A stretch of 64,000 bases of DNA from Phallusia mammillata (lineage: Eukaryota): contig OZ281494.1 of the NCBI GenBank assembly GCA_965637545.1, positions 14,632,001-14,696,000 on the forward strand. Direction: 5' to 3'. This document shows, piece by piece, positions 1-11,032 of this stretch. The first letter of the stretch is position 1; each line of letters begins with the position of its first letter. The position numbers and the translations under genes are program-made. A model generated the notes under the pieces. The model saw nothing but the letters and a program-made list of their open reading frames with translations. It searched no databases and had not been told where the DNA came from.

Positions 1-30
1 AACAGTTTACCAATTGTTGGTTGTATTTAG

Positions 31-1708
31 ATTTACCACAGTTTTCATGATGAAGTAGATGAAATGAGAAAACACTGGTGGAGATGCACAGGGACCTGTC
101 GAAGTCGGCCACCATATTTTGGATTTGTTAAACGAGCTATGAATAGAAAACCATCTCCTAAGTATGTTTTTTTTGTAACTTACAGAATGATAACAATAAT
201 TTGGGCTTAATTTTTATTGATATAATCATGATATATCCTTTTTTCCAGAGATTTTTGGTGGTCAACTCATCAGGCATCATGTAGTGGTCATTTTGAAAAG
301 GTAAAAGAGCCAGAAAACTATGGAAAGAAGAAGGTAAAAACTAAAAAAGGTTTGTGAATGTGTTTTGACCTGGTAAAGGAGAAACAACTGATTGACAAAG
401 GCTGATTTGCAGTAAAGAGGAGTAAATGTTATCTAGTTTTTTGTGCAGTTTCAATCTCAAATATTTTGCTTTTTTTCATCTAAATTCATTTAAAACAAAT
501 GATTTGTAAGAAATATAACCTAATGCAACTTTGTGCAGTGGAAACTGCAGTTAGCTCACAAGCATCCACATCATCCGAGTCCATGTTGAAGTTTTTAACA
601 CAAAAGAATAATGACAGGGAGGTGGCTTCAGTCCAATTAAATGGGGGAAAAGATGCCAACAGTGGTAAACACTGGTTTTGAACTTGATTTAATCTATTTT
701 TTAATATAGTTTCCTCTTGAACCTAACTTATTAATATGTGAAAGTTTACTAGTTATTAGCTTTCTTATCGAAAAAGTTGTAATTCATCGATGTAAGTGGA
801 TTGGTGTTAACTTTACAGAAACATTAAATGGAAAGCGTGTACCGATTAAAAAAGATAAGGATTCGAAGTTTCCGTTGGCCAACTCTACTCAAGTGACCAA
901 CTACCGTGGGATCCCGCTTTCGAGCAAAATCTTCGACAAATTTAGAAAGGGTCGACAGGACCCCATTTCTCTCATATCTAAAACACAGGCTCAGAAAAGC
1001 AAAGGGCCGTTGGCAGGTGTTTGCCAAAACGCTCGTTTGACAGGAGAGAAATCTGTAAACCATGGGGCCCCTGCGTTTGGAAAATTCGGCGTGATAACCA
1101 AGTTTTTAACGCGCAAAGAACAGAGGGGAAGGATATTATTTTCAAGCGATGAGGATGATAAAATAAAGGCACATGGAAAATCGAATGTCAGCACGCCAAA
1201 ACGTCTTCAAAACCAAGACCGAATGGAAACGACAAGGATTGGCGTAAAGCGGAAATCAGAAGACAGTAATAACGACTGTGCAACGCAGAACAAACGCAAA
1301 CCGGTTGTAAGTATGTTAAACAATTGTGAAGAAGCTAGCAGCTCAAAACGCGACGAAGCACATACGTCCAGTGCTATCAAGCCACGAGCAAATCAGAAGG
1401 TTGGCACTAAAACGACTTCTCTACCTAGATTTAACACTAAATCCAAATTATCGTCGAAGGCAGAATATTCTCTGTTGATATGTGATAGTGACGACAGTGA
1501 TACGTCATCCGGAGAGGACGACCTGACGCTGCTTGAGTCTATTTCGCCTAAGGTCCCAAATAAAAGGCCTGAATTGGGAGGCGGAATATCGAACTTACAA
1601 AAAACGTGTACCTGCCCTATATGTAATAAACCTATGCCAATTGAAACGATAAATAGTCACATCGATCTGTGTTTAAACCAAGGTGCACTTGATGAGATAG
1701 TTTTGTAG
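31..1708 (+). CDS. SPRTN: SprT-like DNA-protein crosslink protease Spartan, 3' part (5' exons outside window); exons 31-161, 249-349, 539-664, 819-1708
   Basis: Exons splice in frame at GT-AG sites to give IYHSFHDEVDEMRKHWWRCTGTCRSRPPYFGFVKRAMNRKPSPK/DFWWSTHQASCSGHFEKVKEPENY, matching the SPRTN SprT zinc-binding subdomain. PIP-like SESMLKFL at 574-597. C-terminal UBZ4 finger CPICNKPMPIETINSHIDLC (C-x2-C-x11-H-x3-C). Confidence 0.95.
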
Positions 1709-2234
1709 CAAATTTTGTTGCACCCCGTTTATTGGTCTTTCTCTTTTTTTCGTTTGATTGTGTCTACTACTCTTCATTCTTTTTTCGTTCAACAAGCTTC
1801 ACTGTGCAATTCCGTCGTGAAACACAACAAATTGTAAGCGGTTATGTCTGTTTGTACAGAATAACTTACAAAGGCATTGTATTTGCACTTGAAATTCAAT
1901 GCATATGCGGCGGGGGCGAAAATCCGTTGCAAATATTGGGAGCATTTTTAAGGAAAATGTTGAAAGTAGTAAGGAGTGAACGAAACCAAAAAAGGCTTAT
2001 ACCGCGGTATCGAAAGTCAGAAAATGATACTTTTTGTGTTAAATAGTGTAGGCCCTATGTACCCCTTTTTAGGGACTCTGGATATAAAACAAACAGTTTT
2101 GGTCATTTTTATGGCTACGCAAAAGCAAAAAAATAAATAAATATATCTGAATGTTAGCGACAAACTTAGAGACATATTTATTTGCACATAGCTACGTACC
2201 TGAGCCCAGGCTATATCCGTTGGTCCCGATAAGG

Positions 2235-2654
2235 CAGTGGTTCCCAAACTTTTTCATATTTTTTTCAAAACGGTCCCTTTGCCATTTTTTCGAGGGCTCG
2301 CGATCCTTAAACCTAAATGTGTATTTCATAAAAACGAAAGTTGATTGCATGATTTTAGCTAGTTATGCAAAATTGCGCATAACAATCATCCAAAGACAGC
2401 ATGTGACTTCACAAACAGGACCAAAAACATTACGATTGTGCGCGAACAATTGCATTTTTGATAGTTGTCATTTAATAAAGGCCATTGTTTAGCAATGGAG
2501 ACAGTCGATTCTCAATTCTACTTTGATTTAAACTTATTTAGTGGCACAAACCTACGCCAAATAAGATTATAGAATTACTTCAACCGCTTCGCGGTCCCCC
2601 AAAACTGCCTCACGGACCCCTAAAGGACCGCGGACCCCAGTTTGGGAACCGCTG
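2235..2654. mobile_element. Non-autonomous hAT MITE (420 bp)
   Basis: TIRs CAGTGGTTCCCAAACT / AGTTTGGGAACCGCTG; perfect 8-bp TSD CGATAAGG at 2227-2234 and 2655-2662. Confidence 0.93.
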
Positions 2655-3203
2655 CGATAAGGCATGTTTCCACCGGAATCAACATATAGTATAGAGGTTG
2701 ACCAAAAACCAATCAATGTTTCGAAAATGAGTTGTGGAATAACACTGCAGTTTCAGTAAAGATATTAGTGACTGATCAATTATCTGAGGCAAACACGTTT
2801 ATCTTCAAATCGTCTCACTGCAGCTCACTTTTGCCGTTGTCGCAAAAGCATCTTTTTAATGCTTGACTTGCACAAAAGAAAGTAGCAAGCAAATGTTTAA
2901 CAACAGCAAGGTATAACGGTACTGTATGTCTTTATTGGATGAACAAGTTCTCTTTTCTAACATAAAACAACTTTTCCTACTGAAAACAATGAAAAGTCAC
3001 AAATTCCGTATTTTCGAATTTTCTGGTTTACTAATTATATGTGTGACATTTATCCTTTCAAAAGCAAAAATATATCATGAGCTTATCTTAGAAATATGGG
3101 TGGTTTGTGACACTAACAAATGTTTAGTGTGAGGTGTGATAAATGTAGGCTACGTTAAAACTTTTCTATCTTGAACCACTGCGAAAAATCGTTCAATGCA
3201 AAA

Positions 3204-5857
3204 TGGGAAGCTACGCCATCTAGCGGTGGTGTGGCACTTTTGCAGGGGCTCCTCTAAAATACGCAATCTACGCAATCTGTACGCAATCTACTTATAAAAC
3301 GTATGCAACTTTTAAAAATGTTGACGGTTAGGACTTTTAGGGTCTGGGCGAGGGTTTATAATAAAAATAACACTATAATTTAGTTTTAGATGTCCAGTTT
3401 GGGCTTAATATGTGTTGAGAGTGGTACTAAACACTGTATGGTACCGCACGTTAACACTTGTGAGAAAATTAGACCTGAAAGGCATCTGAAATTAAATTAT
3501 AAAGTTATTTGTATCACAAACCCTCACCCTGACCCTAATAGCCCTAACCGTCAACATCTTAGTTAATTTTTTTTAGTAGATTGCGTAATTGCGTAGATTG
3601 CGTAGATTGCGTAGATTGCGTAGATTGCGTAGATTGCGTAGATTGCGTAGATTGCGTATTTTAGAGTAGCCCCTTTTGCAGGCTACAATGGAATCGGTAT
3701 TGAGAAAACGCGTGGTTAACGTGTTTTTAAATGTGTGATATTTGGTAATTTTTTTATTGTGTTTTTTTCTGTAAAAATGTAATCAAAATTTAAAAATCAT
3801 TACATGCTTAAGAAAATATGTGCAACACCTTTATTTGACTGGGAAAGTCTCTCCCTTCGCCAGAAGCTATACCAAGCTTTCTGAGAGATTTTGCCTATGT
3901 TTGTGAAGCATAACGTGTTGTATGTACCGTTTACATTTTGAATAAAGTAACTTATCTGTGAGAGATAAACGTTTTAAAAAATGGACCATTCGGTAAAAAA
4001 GGTTAGTATTGTATTAAAGTAAGTTATATTAGACACATTTGAAACTACATAGTTTGCTTCTGTGAACTGTCAAAAAGTTATCTGACTTGTTGTTTTTCAA
4101 CTGTGCACTATGGGGGTATTTGATGCATTTTGTTCATAACTCCACCAGAATGACTAGTTTTTGCAGTAAGTATTTTAAATATTTTAATAATAAATTATGT
4201 ACTAACACACATTGTAAAGCAAGGCTTACACAGAGATAAGAAACAACATTAATACACTCATCTACCATGTGTTTTTATTTTTAAGACTTTTTGAAATCCT
4301 TAGGTTTTTGTAATTTTTTTCGAATGGCCTTTTCTTTTATTCTGCTTTTTTGTTTGCTCCGATATTCTCTGATACATCTGTGAGAGTTGAAATATGCTCT
4401 CATTTGTACATATCTATATATTGCAATACTTGCCAATTTTTCATTTTCATAAGAAAAAATCTCATTAGCCTTGACAGATTCAACAATTTTTTTATATCTA
4501 TATATTTTAATAAGTGAATTCTTCAGTCTTTCTGCACTACATCGATGCATTCCTTTTAATGACTGAACTGATTTTTTAAATGTAACAATTTAAACATCTT
4601 TTGTTTTTCACAGCAATATTTCAGTTGTGTGGCATGAACCTATGTCAGAATATTAGTTAAATGTTTAAATATTTGTTTATTACAGAAGGAAATGGTAAAA
4701 ATATTTTGTTTTGTAGATGACCTTATCTGTTAAAAGCTTCTGGAAATTGACCAAACATTTGTTTGTACTTGATAACTGAAACCCACACTGAAGGTTTAGA
4801 AACTTTTTTATATCCGGGACACAAGCAATTGTTTCAAGGGGGTTTAAAAGACTTTGAATATTGATGACATTTGGACCTGTAAGTGTATTTAAATAAAAAT
4901 CATGGTTGTTTGGAAGAGGAATGCCTTCAATAAAGCAAAGAAACTGGAGATCTTCATTGACAACAATTTGATACTGAGGACTTCCATAAAAACAGTTGTT
5001 TGACAGGTTCCACTTCAGAAAGAACAGTACAGATTGATCATTTATTATGACTCTAAATTCTCAAGTGATTCATAGTTGACTTTTTTGGGGGTAAATTCAT
5101 GTTTTTTAATTATTCTGCTGGAATAAATTGATCTAGTGAAGCATTTCTGTGGTGAGTTTGGGATGGTAGTCTACTAAACTTAATCCATTTTCGTTTTGTT
5201 GTTAATTGTATGTCATATTTATTAAAATGTGAACTACACATCAATGCTTTGTTCACATTTTTTGTTTGTGATGAGTTGCAACAACCTGGTATTGAGCGGT
5301 ACTTGCCTCTATTTTTACTCCTTATGATTTGCAGTTGTAAAATTTTACTCATTTTGATTTCCAGTCGTTTTTTACAATCTGATGATTTTTATTATTGTTT
5401 GTTAAGTAAGTGCTTTGAAATGTTTATGTGGTTCATTGTTATAGATAATAAAAACAATCTGATTGTTTCATAATTGATAATAATTTTTAGGTTGGTTAAC
5501 AACAAACCACTTTACATTGTGCACTGCAAGAAACTTTTAATATTGGAGTACGGTTTAAATAACGTTTTCGTTGTAATTAATGTTGGAACCTTCAGAAAGG
5601 TCGAAAAAAATTAGATGGGCCTGGTCGATATACTTGCTTAGTAAAATATTTAAGTTTTATGCGACATATGCGGTTTAAAACACACAATTTATGGCAAAAA
5701 GTTTAAAATAAAACTTATTTGCTTCGTTTTTTTACAAGTTAAAGGCCGACCAAGTAAAAAAACGCGGATAAAACGCATCGATAGCGTCTTTTCTTGATAC
5801 CCATTCCATTGTAGCCTGCAATAGTGCCACACCACCGCTAGATGGCGTAGCTTCCCA
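3204..5857 (-). mobile_element. Degenerate THAP-bearing DNA transposon (P-superfamily-like) with ~65-bp TIRs
   Basis: TGGGAAGCTACGCCATCTAGCGGTGGTGTGGCAC...GCAGGCTACAATGGAAT at 3204-3709 (interrupted by a MITE) is the reverse complement of ~5794-5857. Inside on the - strand: decayed THAP motifs (xSIPGC...LMCSSHF, 5110-5352) and a basic transposase-like C-terminus (4281-4550). No TSD recognised. Confidence 0.6.
3246..3672. mobile_element. MITE with 9-bp TSD (MULE/Mutator- or Merlin-type), nested in the left TIR of the THAP element
   Basis: TIR GGGCTCCTCTAAAATACGCAATCTAC; 9-bp TSD CTTTTGCAG at 3237-3245 and 3673-3681; subterminal tandem 9-mers (GTAGATTGC)n at ~3578-3657. A second family member lies at 49836-50213. 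Confidence 0.88.
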
Positions 5858-5902
5858 CTTTTAATGTATGTGCGCTTTCAGACTAGGGTATGTAAAGACT
5901 AT

Positions 5903-6073
5903 GGTTTAATCGCACACTCCGCTTGATCGGATATTTCGGATAATCCATTATTCCGCTTAATCGAATGTTCCGTTTAATCGCATATTCAGTTTAATCGCAT
6001 ATTTCGGTTAATCGGAACTTCCGTTTAATCGCATATTTCGGATATACGGACATTCCGGTTAACCGCAGATTCC
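5903..6073. repeat. Degenerate ~17-bp tandem array (TTCCGTTTAATCGCATA-like), probably a MITE subterminal relic
   Basis: About 9 imperfect copies of TTCCG(C/T)TTAATCG(C/G)A; no matching opposite end found. Confidence 0.65.
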
Positions 6074-6376
6074 AGGTAACAATAGTTGGCAGCCGAGCAA
6101 ATCATTTGTCAGCCAACCAACCTTCTTGCACAATTATTTTTAAGACAAAAATCAGTTTAATGAAGTCTTTGCCCAACATGTTATACAAACGGGGACACTA
6201 TTGAGGCTACGTATGGTGACGAGCCATACCGTTTAAATACAACGGTAACGGTTTCACGCAAACTTGTTTTGCTTTCACACTTCCAATAGGCCAACTAGCT
6301 CTAACCAAACTGCGAAGATTTTTATCATTTAATTTGGTAAATCTAGTGTATGTTGATTTAATTGGGTTTTACATGT

Positions 6377-7070
6377 TGTTACATCTCCACGTTCAGTAAC
6401 GCATGATTAACTTGTCTCATTATTCCCCTGCTATGACGTTACAATCGCCATGTGCGTAACAGTGAAATTGGAAGGCCTTTGTCTGAATGTTGCAATGATT
6501 GGTTCATTTTACTGTATAACGTGGTCGAGTGAGTAGACTTTATTACTGCTTTAAGTAAATTCGTTTGTGTTGCGTTTTTAGAGACGAATAAGGCTAAATT
6601 AAATATTGTGACGACTGACTAATTAAACTTCAAGTAAAGGTTGTTTCCCGTGATTGTCGGTGAGTGTTTTATTTGACTTGTGACCTAAATTAATTCATAG
6701 CTTTTATGTGTAACTTATGGCATGCTGTATTTTCTATAGTGCTTGCAGCGATTGTTTCATCGTCTTGCAACTGTTGATACATGTACTGTACCTTTTGACC
6801 TGTGTCGCAAAATAGTTGGTAAGTTAGTCATTGGCATTTTTTGTGCGTTGACATATGTCAATGTGTTTCGTTTTCTTGTTTAGAAAACCGTTTCCGTTCT
6901 CATTCCTGTTTCTGTCCGTTTCTGATTGTGTACGACATTGTGGTTGTCGCTGTGGATTATTACACGTGACTCGGGAAGTGTGATTTGTGTGGGAAAGGGC
7001 GGGGCGTGTTTCAACGTGACAAACCCCTTTGTGAGGCTCAGCCTTGCAGGTCGGCCGTTCAGAGTCTACA
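6377..7070 (+). repeat. 5' LTR of BEL copy 1 (LTR1, 694 bp)
   Basis: Begins TGTTACATCT, ends GAGTCTACA; homologous to 11033-11741 and, inverted, to 13379-14072 and 19972-20674. Confidence 0.97.
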
Positions 7071-7180
7071 TAAAGAAGTTTTCAACTACTGCTCGTTGAA
7101 AATAAAGTTTCAACCGTCGCTGATTGAGAGAAGCTTTCTACTTTGCTTGTTGGAAAGAAGCTGTCGCTAGGTGAAGAAAA

Positions 7181-10100
7181 ATGAATTCCGACACGACCGA
7201 AGAGGACAAGGGTGAACAGCTCGTCAAACTGCAACGTTCATTGCAAGAAGCCTACACCCGAACGGAACGATTAATGGTCAGTCCCAAAAACTTGGTTTGT
7301 GTGCATTCGTCGGTGCGAATTGTCGATGGAAGATACCGACTTCTTGTGGAGCATATAACTTCCAATTTATCTGAAAATGAAGATCTTGATAAGGATTTGT
7401 TAAAGCGATACGCTGAGGAGAAGACTGAGTTCGATGCCAGGGCCGCTGAATGGATTGAAAAGGCCCAGCATTCTACGTCCCTGCCGCCACCAGTTGGTTC
7501 AAAAAAGTCGGCAAAAAGTTGCACTTCTAGTTGCCCTACTTCTGCGAGTACGAGTTCCAGCGTCCGCAGAACTGAAGCACGAATTAAGTTTGAGATGGCT
7601 CGCGCAAAACTTCGTCAGGCCATAGAAAGACAGGAGGAAGAGAATGAGCGACGAAGGAAGTTGCGTGATGGAGAACATAAGTTGCGTGATGAAGAACGTA
7701 AGTTGCGTGATGAAGAACGTAAGTTGCGTGATGAAGAACGTAAGTTGCAGGATGAAGAACGTAAGTTGCGTGATGAGGAACAAAATTTGCGTAATGAAGA
7801 ACAGAACTTGCGCGAGACAGAGCGCCAGTTGGCTGCCGACGCCGAAATTCGCGAGGTACAACGTCAAGCCGAATTAGCCGAAATCGAAGCTCGCGGATGG
7901 GAAGGTAAATTTGAAGCGGAATTTGTTTGTCCGCCAATCGTGGAGAGGCCTTTTGTACAAACGGTCAACGAATGTCCAAAACCTGTACCGCGTTGTGATA
8001 GGCAGGAGCTGCCTAAAGTAAGTCATCAGCCTCCTATCTATGCTACTCCGCAATACTATTGTCAAAATAGGAATAATCCCATAGTAGCGCAGGAACCTCG
8101 TTACAGCTCAGATGAGCGTTTTCTACCGCGTCCGAAGATAATGTCATTTAACGGCGATCCAATGGAATACTGGACGTTCATTCGCAACTTTGAAGCGCAC
8201 GTTGCCACTAAAGTTCACTCTGACGATTTGCGTTTGATTTATCTGCTGCAACATTGTGATGACAGAGTGCGACCTAAAATTGATCACTTGACGAAAAGGC
8301 CAGTCGAGGGTTACCGGCAGGCACGTCAAAAGCTCTTTCATGAATACGGACAACCGCACATTATCGCAAATGCCTGTGAGCAGCATTTGAAGAAGAGTCC
8401 GCGCTTGAAAGGAGATCAACCGGAACAACTGATGCAGTTTGCAGATCTGCTGGAAAAGTGTCTCACTACACTGGAGGATATTGATGAATATGCCGGTCTT
8501 AACTCGCTTGACACCATGCTGCAGCTCATTGACAAGTTGCCATATCGCTTGCAGGAAAGATGGATAGAGCGATCAGTTGAAGTTCTACATCGCACTAATC
8601 GTGAAGCCGGGTTCAGTCATTTTGTTCAGTTTGTTTCGGAACGTGCCGAGGTGGAAAATTCCCTCTACGGAAGTAGGATTATGGGATCTAGGCGAGACAA
8701 GGATCCTGGTCCACCGATGAGAAAGCCACGAGCGTCTGCGTACGTTGTGAACCCAGTAGAAGTTCGACAGCGTCCGACAGAGAGGCTGACTACTACTACG
8801 CAAGAGAGATACCTCGAGAAGAAATCGAATCGGTTGATGGTGTTTGCTGGTATTTACCACACCATCCTGTACTTCATCCCCGTAAGCCAGACAAGGTTCG
8901 TGTAGTTTTTGATTGCGCTGCAAAGCACAAGGGCGTTTCTCTCAATGATGTGCTGATGCAGGGCCCGGATCTCGTAAACAGTTTGGTGGGTGTTTTGACT
9001 CGATTTCGCAAAGAGCGGTACGCTTTGGTGGCCGATATAGAATCGATGTTCCACCAGATTCGTGTTACCCCTAAGGACAGGGACGCCTTGCGATTTCTGT
9101 GGTGGCCAGGAGGGGATTTGACAAATGAACCAACAGCGCATCAAATGACTGTGCACCTGTTCGGGGCGACTTCATCCCCTAGTTGTGCGAGTTTTTGCTT
9201 GAAGCAAACAGCCTTGGATTTTGGTCAAGATTTCAATGCACAAGCGTCTTCGGTCGTCAGAAGAAATTTTTACGTGGACGACTGCCTGACTTCGGTTGCA
9301 TCTACAGAGGAGGGAATTCAAATGACCAAAGAGATTTCAGATTTGTTGTCACGCGGAGGATTCCACTTGACAAAATGGCTCAGTAATAACCAGAAGATTC
9401 TGTCAAAAATTCCTGAAGAAGAGAGGTCAAAGGCAGTGCGAAACAAAAGCTTGAGTGATGACGTCACAGAGAGAGTGCTTGGTGTCCACTGGAACGTGCA
9501 CGAAGATACGTTTGGATTTAAGGTCAACCTTCCTGAAACGGCGAAGACTCGAAGAGGACTTCTTTCTGCATTGAGTTCACTGTACGACCCTCTTGGATTC
9601 GTTGCACCGTGCACGCTTGGAGCCAAATTATTACTCCAAGGTTTGTGCAAACGTGGAGTTGGCTGGGACGACTGCATTTTGGAATCGGAAGCAACACAAT
9701 GGAGCGAATGGCTTGGGCGTTTACCGAAGCTTCATGACCTGTGTCTTCCTCGTTGTTTTAAGCCCGATGATTTCGGCGATGTGCAAAGTTGGGAGTTACA
9801 CCACTTTGCAGATGCTTCCTCCGTGGCCTACGGAGCTGTGTGTTATCTGAGGATAGTCGACGTCGGTTCGCGTGTTCACTGCGTGTTTCTTGTTGGCAAG
9901 TGTCGACTAGCGATCGGGAATTGCCTGTTCGAGTGATCGGGAATTGCCTGTTCTGCAAAAGACGAAATGCCTCTGCTGGAGTACAGAGGATGGCAGACCT
10001 TCCTTCAGCAAGATTGCATCCGGACGAGCCCCCGTTTTCACACGTAGGGGTTGATTATTTCGGTCCCTTTCCAGTTAAGCAGGGACGGAGCATAGTGAAA

Positions 10101-10937
10101 CGGTATGGCGCAGTGTTTACCTGCCTTTCGATTCGAGCTGTCCATATCGAAGTTGCCCACAGCCTATCTACAGACTCGTTCATCGACGCGCTTTGTCGTT
10201 TCATTGGTCGGCGTGGAAATCCTGTAAATATATATTCCGACAATGGGACGAACTTTGTCGGTGCAGAACGGATACTGAGAGAGTCACTGCAGTCTTGGAA
10301 CCAAGTACACATTGAGGAGTAGCTGAAACAAAGCGGAATTCGTTGGTCGTTTAATCCCCCGACAGCCAGTCATATGGGAGGTGCGTGGGAACGAATGGTG
10401 CGCTCCATCCGGCGAATTCTGACGTCTCTGATGACACAGCAAGTTGTTTCCGACGAAACATTGTCAACGCTTTTTGTTGAGGTTGAGTCAATACTCAACT
10501 CGCGTCCTCTTGTTCCTGTCACCTTTGATCCCCGCGATGATGAGCCGATCACACCCAATCATCTCTTGCTTATGAGATGCGACTCGAATTTGCCTCCTGG
10601 CTTGTTCGACAAAAAGGACTGTTACGTGCGGCGCCGTTGGGCGCAAGTGCAGTACTTGGCGAACCAATTTTGGATCCGCTGGGTTCGCGAATATCTACCG
10701 AACATTATTTCCAGGCAGAAGTGGTTCCAGAAGAGGAGAGATATCCAGATCAACGACGTGGTTCTCGTCGTGGATGATTCACAACCACGCTCCAAGTGGT
10801 TGATGGGTCGCGTTGCAGATACATTTCCCGATAAAACGGGAACTGTACGCTCGGTGCTTGTGCAGACGCGATACAATCGTGTCAAACGACCGATTGCAAA
10901 ACTTTGCTTGATTGTCGCCTCTGAAAGCGATGCTTAG
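7181..10937 (+). pseudogene. Disrupted BEL gag-pol of copy 1
   Basis: Gag with DUF1759-type LPRPKIMSFNGDPMEYWTFIRNFE; RT with YVDD; RNase[15 protein letters not shown]; IN with GVDYFGPF, SDNGTNFVGA and GGAWERMV. Relative to copy 2 it lacks ~1.15 kb (Zn knuckles and protease) at ~8800 and ~0.95 kb at ~9912. In-frame TAG at 10320-10322. Confidence 0.93.
7658..7804 (+). repeat. 21-bp coding tandem repeat in gag (KLRDEER heptads)
   Basis: Seven units of AAGTTGCGTGATGAAGAACGT-like sequence; copy 2 has four fewer units. Confidence 0.95.
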
Positions 10938-11032
10938 TGTGGCGCTGTTTAGTTTATTGAATTTCGTTGAACGTTCGATGTTTGTTTGTGTGTGAAATGT
11001 ATTTACCCGGGTCATACATTTAGGTGGGGGTA

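Noticed and set aside
3578-7804. 9-, 17- and 21-bp repeat arrays as CRISPR-like loci
   Set aside because: Head-to-tail tandem repeats without unique spacers, in a eukaryotic context, explained by MITE subterminal arrays and a Gag heptad.
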